DNA from: Antechinus flavipes
Lineage: Eukaryota
Assembly: GCF_016432865.1 (NCBI RefSeq)
Contig: NC_067400.1
Span: 338,396,001 to 338,460,000, forward strand
DNA length: 64,000 bases
Direction: 5' to 3'
Shown here piece by piece: positions 61,481-64,000 of this stretch; within the stretch, counting starts at the first letter, position 1; every line of letters begins with the position of its first letter. The notes under the pieces were generated by a model. The model searched no databases. It saw only the letters and a program-made list of their open reading frames with translations, and was not told where the DNA came from. The position numbers and the translations under genes are program-made.

Positions 61481-63194
61481 CAAACCAAGCAATAGATACC
61501 AATTTCACCAAAGGAAAAATTTCTCTCCAAAGTCTCTACAGAGGCATGCTGGAAATCAAGGACATGTTCAGGATCTGACTCCTCAAAGTTTTTTTTTTTT
61601 CTCTTTCATTTTTCCACAAGAAAATGTGGAACTACACATATATTTCTCCCAAGAAGCTTTTGCACCAATTCTGCCTTTCACACAGTATTGTGTTAGCATT
61701 CTCTCCATCAACTGAGTCACATCTCTTTCCCCAAAGCAGCAGCATACAAAATACCTCTGGGCTTGAATGAAAGTCCAATTATACTATGAAAACAATACAA
61801 TTCAATCTAAGGTGACAGGGTTAGCATGGATGAGCTGTCTACTATTGGAGTCTTCCCAAATCGGATATCCATTCTCATTGAGATTTGCAGCCAAGAATTA
61901 GGAAAGTTAGATCAAAGAAGAAAATTATTTGACATATTACCAAGATCCAACACTGAATTATAATACCACATCTCCTATCAAGCACAGACTGTCCTGAGGG
62001 AGTCTAAGTTGTGTCTCATGGTCAGGAAGCCTGGAAGTCAGAGCTGCCCCCTCCACCTTCCTGACTCCAGCAATATAATCCTGTACATCCTGTTTAACTT
62101 TCCTCACCTGCAGCCTCTCAATCATTCCAAGGACCACTTTACAGTGTCCTGAGCTGTATGTTTCTAATTCATACAACCCTGACCCATCATATAATCTTCT
62201 AGCATGAGCCAATCTTTTGCGTAAAAGCCACTTGGGGGAATTTTATAAGAGAAAAGAACTTTACTCTTTTAAACAGAACTTTCCATTTATTCAGCTGTCA
62301 GGCAAATCCAAACATCCAGGTTCAAATCCTAAAAGCTTTGTGCAGACTGAAAAATTTTGGCATTGTACAGTCCCCTACTCTGAACAGCAATCACAGGAAA
62401 GACATTCCTGGGACCATAACTACATTTTTACAAATAACTTAAACCCAGGAGATTTCTAACATAAAGAGAAATTTGTCCCTCCCACTTCCCTAAAACATCC
62501 TCACTCCAGGCCTGCTGGTCTCAAAACCCCTTTCACTTTTAAGTCCTCATCCAAATACATTTTTTAAAAAATATTCTTTGGAGTTTGCTCCATGCAAGAA
62601 AATGATTAAGCTAGTTCTAAAAATTCAATAAGAACCCATTGAAGTGGCTCATTACCATATGGCTTTAAATATATTACAGATCACATTATCTGTCCCAAAA
62701 TATGCCCAAACAATACAGTAATAAGCTGAGGTAAATGGCTTCATCTGAACAAGTATCAGTAACCTCTGAGATCTGCACAAAAGGATACACAGAGACTGCT
62801 ATGGTTGAACAGACTCTGCCATGGGCAAAAACAAAACAAAACAAAAAGAAATGAATTTTATCTTAGGTCTCTTTCTACCTTCTCCTCTGTGCAGACTCTC
62901 CAAGATTTCTTCCTTCACCTACTTGCTGCTATCATTTCTATTATCCCTTTCCCAGTTGCTTCCCTTTTCCCTCCATGTTCCTGGTTTGAAATATCATTTT
63001 TCTATCATCTACACTTTCAAAAGCTCCCACTTCAACACTCCATTCAAGTTTTCTCAGAGCTGAAATGCTCCCCACAAACACATAAAACTTAGTTGCCCTG
63101 CATTTCCTTCCTAATCTCTTTATAAACTTTAGCTAAGCTTTATTTTGACATCATTCACTGAGGTGTGAATGACAGTGGGTTTAAGTGGATGATG

Positions 63195-63420
63195 ATGGGA
63201 CTGGACTGGTAATTTCATTGTTTAAAGAGCTCCTAGGTGACAAGATTCCTCTGTTAACATGTCAGCACTTTCTCTTCAATTTACATTCTTAGTTGTATAA
63301 CACTGAAATTTTAAGTGACTTGCCCAGGCTCATGCAACTAGTTTGTGTCAGGTATGGAACTTGAATATGGTCTTCCAGACCAGAAAGTCAGTATCCTATT
63401 CACTGTTTCACCCTGTTTTT
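63195..63420 (+). mobile_element. WALLSI4-like SINE
   Basis: ggtaatttcattg...gagctcctaggtgacaagattcctctgttaacatgtcagcactttctc...aagtgacttgcccagg. Confidence 0.55.
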
Positions 63421-64000
63421 CTCTGTCATATTAATTATGTGAGAGGAAGTATAAATTTGTAGAAAGGGAATGTCTCAAGATTAATGAACTTCCAATTAAT
63501 ATATTATATAAAGGGAAGCTTTTTTTTTTTTAGCAAAAGGAATTTTATTTCACACCTATATACTCTAACTTCTATCCTACTTTCCCCAGAAGAATAGAAG
63601 TCAGTGTCACCTCACTTATGAAAAGCTGCTTAACTTGGGCCTAGATTAGAAGAAGAGAATTAATCCTCTGCCCAGACTTTAATGTTTCTACAATAACAAA
63701 ATAAGATTCTCAGAATCCCCAGAGGCATAAACTTGAGAGGATCCTCCCTCCACTCTTCCTTACCTCTACTTTGATTGACTTATTTAGGAGACCACTGAGA
63801 TTGGTCTTCCTTAGTGTCTAGAAAAAAAAAAGTATCTCATGGAAAACAAGAAAAGGGAATGTTACCATCTATTTTCCCACCATATTCCATATACTCCTGA
63901 CTCACGTGAGTATTATGGAATAGTCAATGTCTCCCCCCTAAACCCATTCCATGGACCATCCATACACACAAACCCATTATCTAATTGTCCTTCCCACAAG

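Noticed and set aside
62041-62055. Second CTCF-like site (minus strand AGGGGGCAGC)
   Set aside because: The 5' half of the core does not match.
61958-62212. 84-aa minus ORF containing KQDVQDYIAG, reminiscent of a gypsy integrase zinc finger
   Set aside because: The HHCC cysteines are absent, spacing is wrong, and no other pol motifs are nearby.

Overview
AT-rich, CpG-poor, repeat-dense eukaryotic DNA from a marsupial, most likely a dasyurid (dunnart/antechinus/Tasmanian devil group). The assignment rests on dasyurid-type L1 3' ends, MAR1/WALLSI-type SINEs, RTE LINE remnants and an OC1-type hAT MITE. I found no intact protein-coding gene, tRNA/rRNA gene or CRISPR array. The ORF track is almost all low-complexity, transposon-derived or antisense shadow ORFs, so the window looks intergenic or deep-intronic. 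The most notable features are: (1) a degenerate sushi-ichi-class Ty3/gypsy gag-protease relic at ~14.46-15.72 kb, from the family that gave rise to PEG10/RTL/LDOC1/SIRH12, split by an L2 fragment; (2) a perfect 40-bp inverted repeat at 19279-19372; (3) a near-intact OC1-type MITE, a family known for horizontal transfer; (4) two solo LTRs with visible promoter architecture; (5) several young L1 insertions with target-site duplications, one with a local fold-back palindrome. Repeat family names and reference protein comparisons are from memory, not database searches, and boundaries of old repeats are approximate. There is one 227-N assembly gap.
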